DNA of 19,518 bases from Oculatellaceae cyanobacterium bins.114 (lineage in GTDB: Bacteria > Cyanobacteriota > Cyanobacteriia > Elainellales > Elainellaceae). Positions 18,938 to 19,518 of the stretch are shown piece by piece. Location: contig JANRJA010000141.1 of the NCBI GenBank assembly GCA_033764315.1, positions 1 to 19,518 of the forward strand, in the 5' to 3' direction. Position 1 is the first letter of the stretch. Every line of letters begins with the position of its first letter. The notes beneath the pieces are model-generated. The model was not told the DNA's origin, searched no databases, and worked only from the letters and a program-made list of their open reading frames with translations. A program made the position numbers and the translations under genes.

Positions 18938-19276
18938 TTAACTACTTTTGAACTTGGCTTTGTTAAACAAACACGGACTGAGAATCATCGGCAAAATCTT
19001 CACGCCGTTCTGTTGGGTGCGATGCAACAACACGGGCAATTCACTGTTTTTGATATACTTCGACGCTAAAAACGCCGGACTTACCAGCAAAATTGCCGCT
19101 TTCACCGATTGCAGCGTGGTTTTGATCTCGTCATCCCAGCGATCGCCCATTTCTAGCCGCTGATCAGACCAGATGCTGACCTCGTCCTCTAGGGGTGCCA
19201 GATGCATCAAGAGGCGATCGAGAAACACCTTGTCTAGATGGGCGTAGCAGATAAAAATCTGGGGTGGGTGAGACAT
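18938..19276 (-). CDS. TIR-domain protein, apparently C-terminally truncated
   Basis: IFICYAHLD, IWSDQRLEMGDRWDDEI, AAILLVSPAFLASKYI..SELP (Glu at the catalytic position), ILPMILSPC. Ends after KFK-SS at 112 aa, short for a full TIR fold. Confidence 0.85.
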   Translation of the reverse strand: MSHPPQIFICYAHLDKVFLDRLLMHLAPLEDEVSIWSDQRLEMGDRWDDEIKTTLQSVKAAILLVSPAFLASKYIKNSELPVLLHRTQQNGVKILPMILSPCLFNKAKFKSS

Positions 19277-19380
19277 AAGGAAAAAAAGAAGACAGAAAAA
19301 AGAAGAGTTAGTTTAGTTTTACTCTGCTTAAGGGGTTCTGTCTGTAAGGTTTCTCAGATCCCTGGCTTCTAGCTTGAAAC

Positions 19381-19518
19381 CTGACGGGGTGACAAGAGTA
19401 GCTACAAAGCAGACTGGACAAGCTTCATCGCCCTCATACCCTTGCGATAATACTGCCACTTGTGGGGTGAGAGTTGAAGTAATTGGGTAACGATTTCAGC
19501 ATAAGGAGCCATGAACTG
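19381..19518 (-). mobile_element. 3' end of an IS4-family-like insertion sequence (transposase C-terminus 19518..19402 and terminal repeat from 19381)
   Basis: Minus strand reads QFMAPYAEIVTQLLQLSPHKWQYYRKGMRAMKLVQSAL* (TAG 19404-19402), resembling C-termini I recall for cyanobacterial IS4 transposases. Followed by CTCTTGTCACCCCGTCAG as a putative terminal repeat. Confidence 0.7.

Larger units (their letters stand above)
395..19146. repeat. Dispersed HIP1 octamers (GCGATCGC)
   Basis: Many copies (e.g. 395, 532, 603, 6768, 8431, 15349, 17110, 19139), including in ppc, the recombinase, clpC, clpB and the TIR gene; none seen in 17178-18932. Confidence 0.95.

Noticed and set aside
18932-18945. 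Programmed frameshift fusing TIR to the nuclease
   Set aside because: The nuclease frame has TAG at 18944-18942, leaving almost no overlap window before the TIR TAA, and there is no canonical slippery heptamer there.
19503-19518. AAGGAG + ATG start of a plus-strand gene
   Set aside because: Only 2 nt separate the motif from the ATG, and the minus strand gives a better transposase-like reading.
6698-19518. Integrated element or prophage mobilised by the serine recombinase
   Set aside because: Neighbours are core genes, no att repeats or phage genes were found, and the catalytic motif appears absent.

Overview
Cyanobacterial chromosomal window, judged from abundant HIP1 (GCGATCGC) octamers and ocp/frp genes. 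The left ~15.4 kb holds the 3' end of an IS5-family element cutting off an FHA-domain gene, a MITE, ocp and frp, ppc, an apparently catalytically degenerate large serine recombinase, a divergent clpC paralogue, a membrane protein and clpB. The right ~4 kb is an accessory, defence-like hotspot rich in palindromic repeats: a DUF433/DUF5615 toxin-antitoxin pair with a frameshifted toxin, a 29-bp tandem array, and the end of an IS4-like element. The most notable structure, missed by the ORF track, looks like a TIR-NACHT gene that lost its middle. A truncated TIR domain and an orphan NACHT-protein C-terminal tail flank an AT-rich, HIP1-free gene with a C-terminal PD-(D/E)xK nuclease motif, and both junctions carry GTAG-containing inverted repeats. 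All family calls come from motif recognition by eye; no searches were run.
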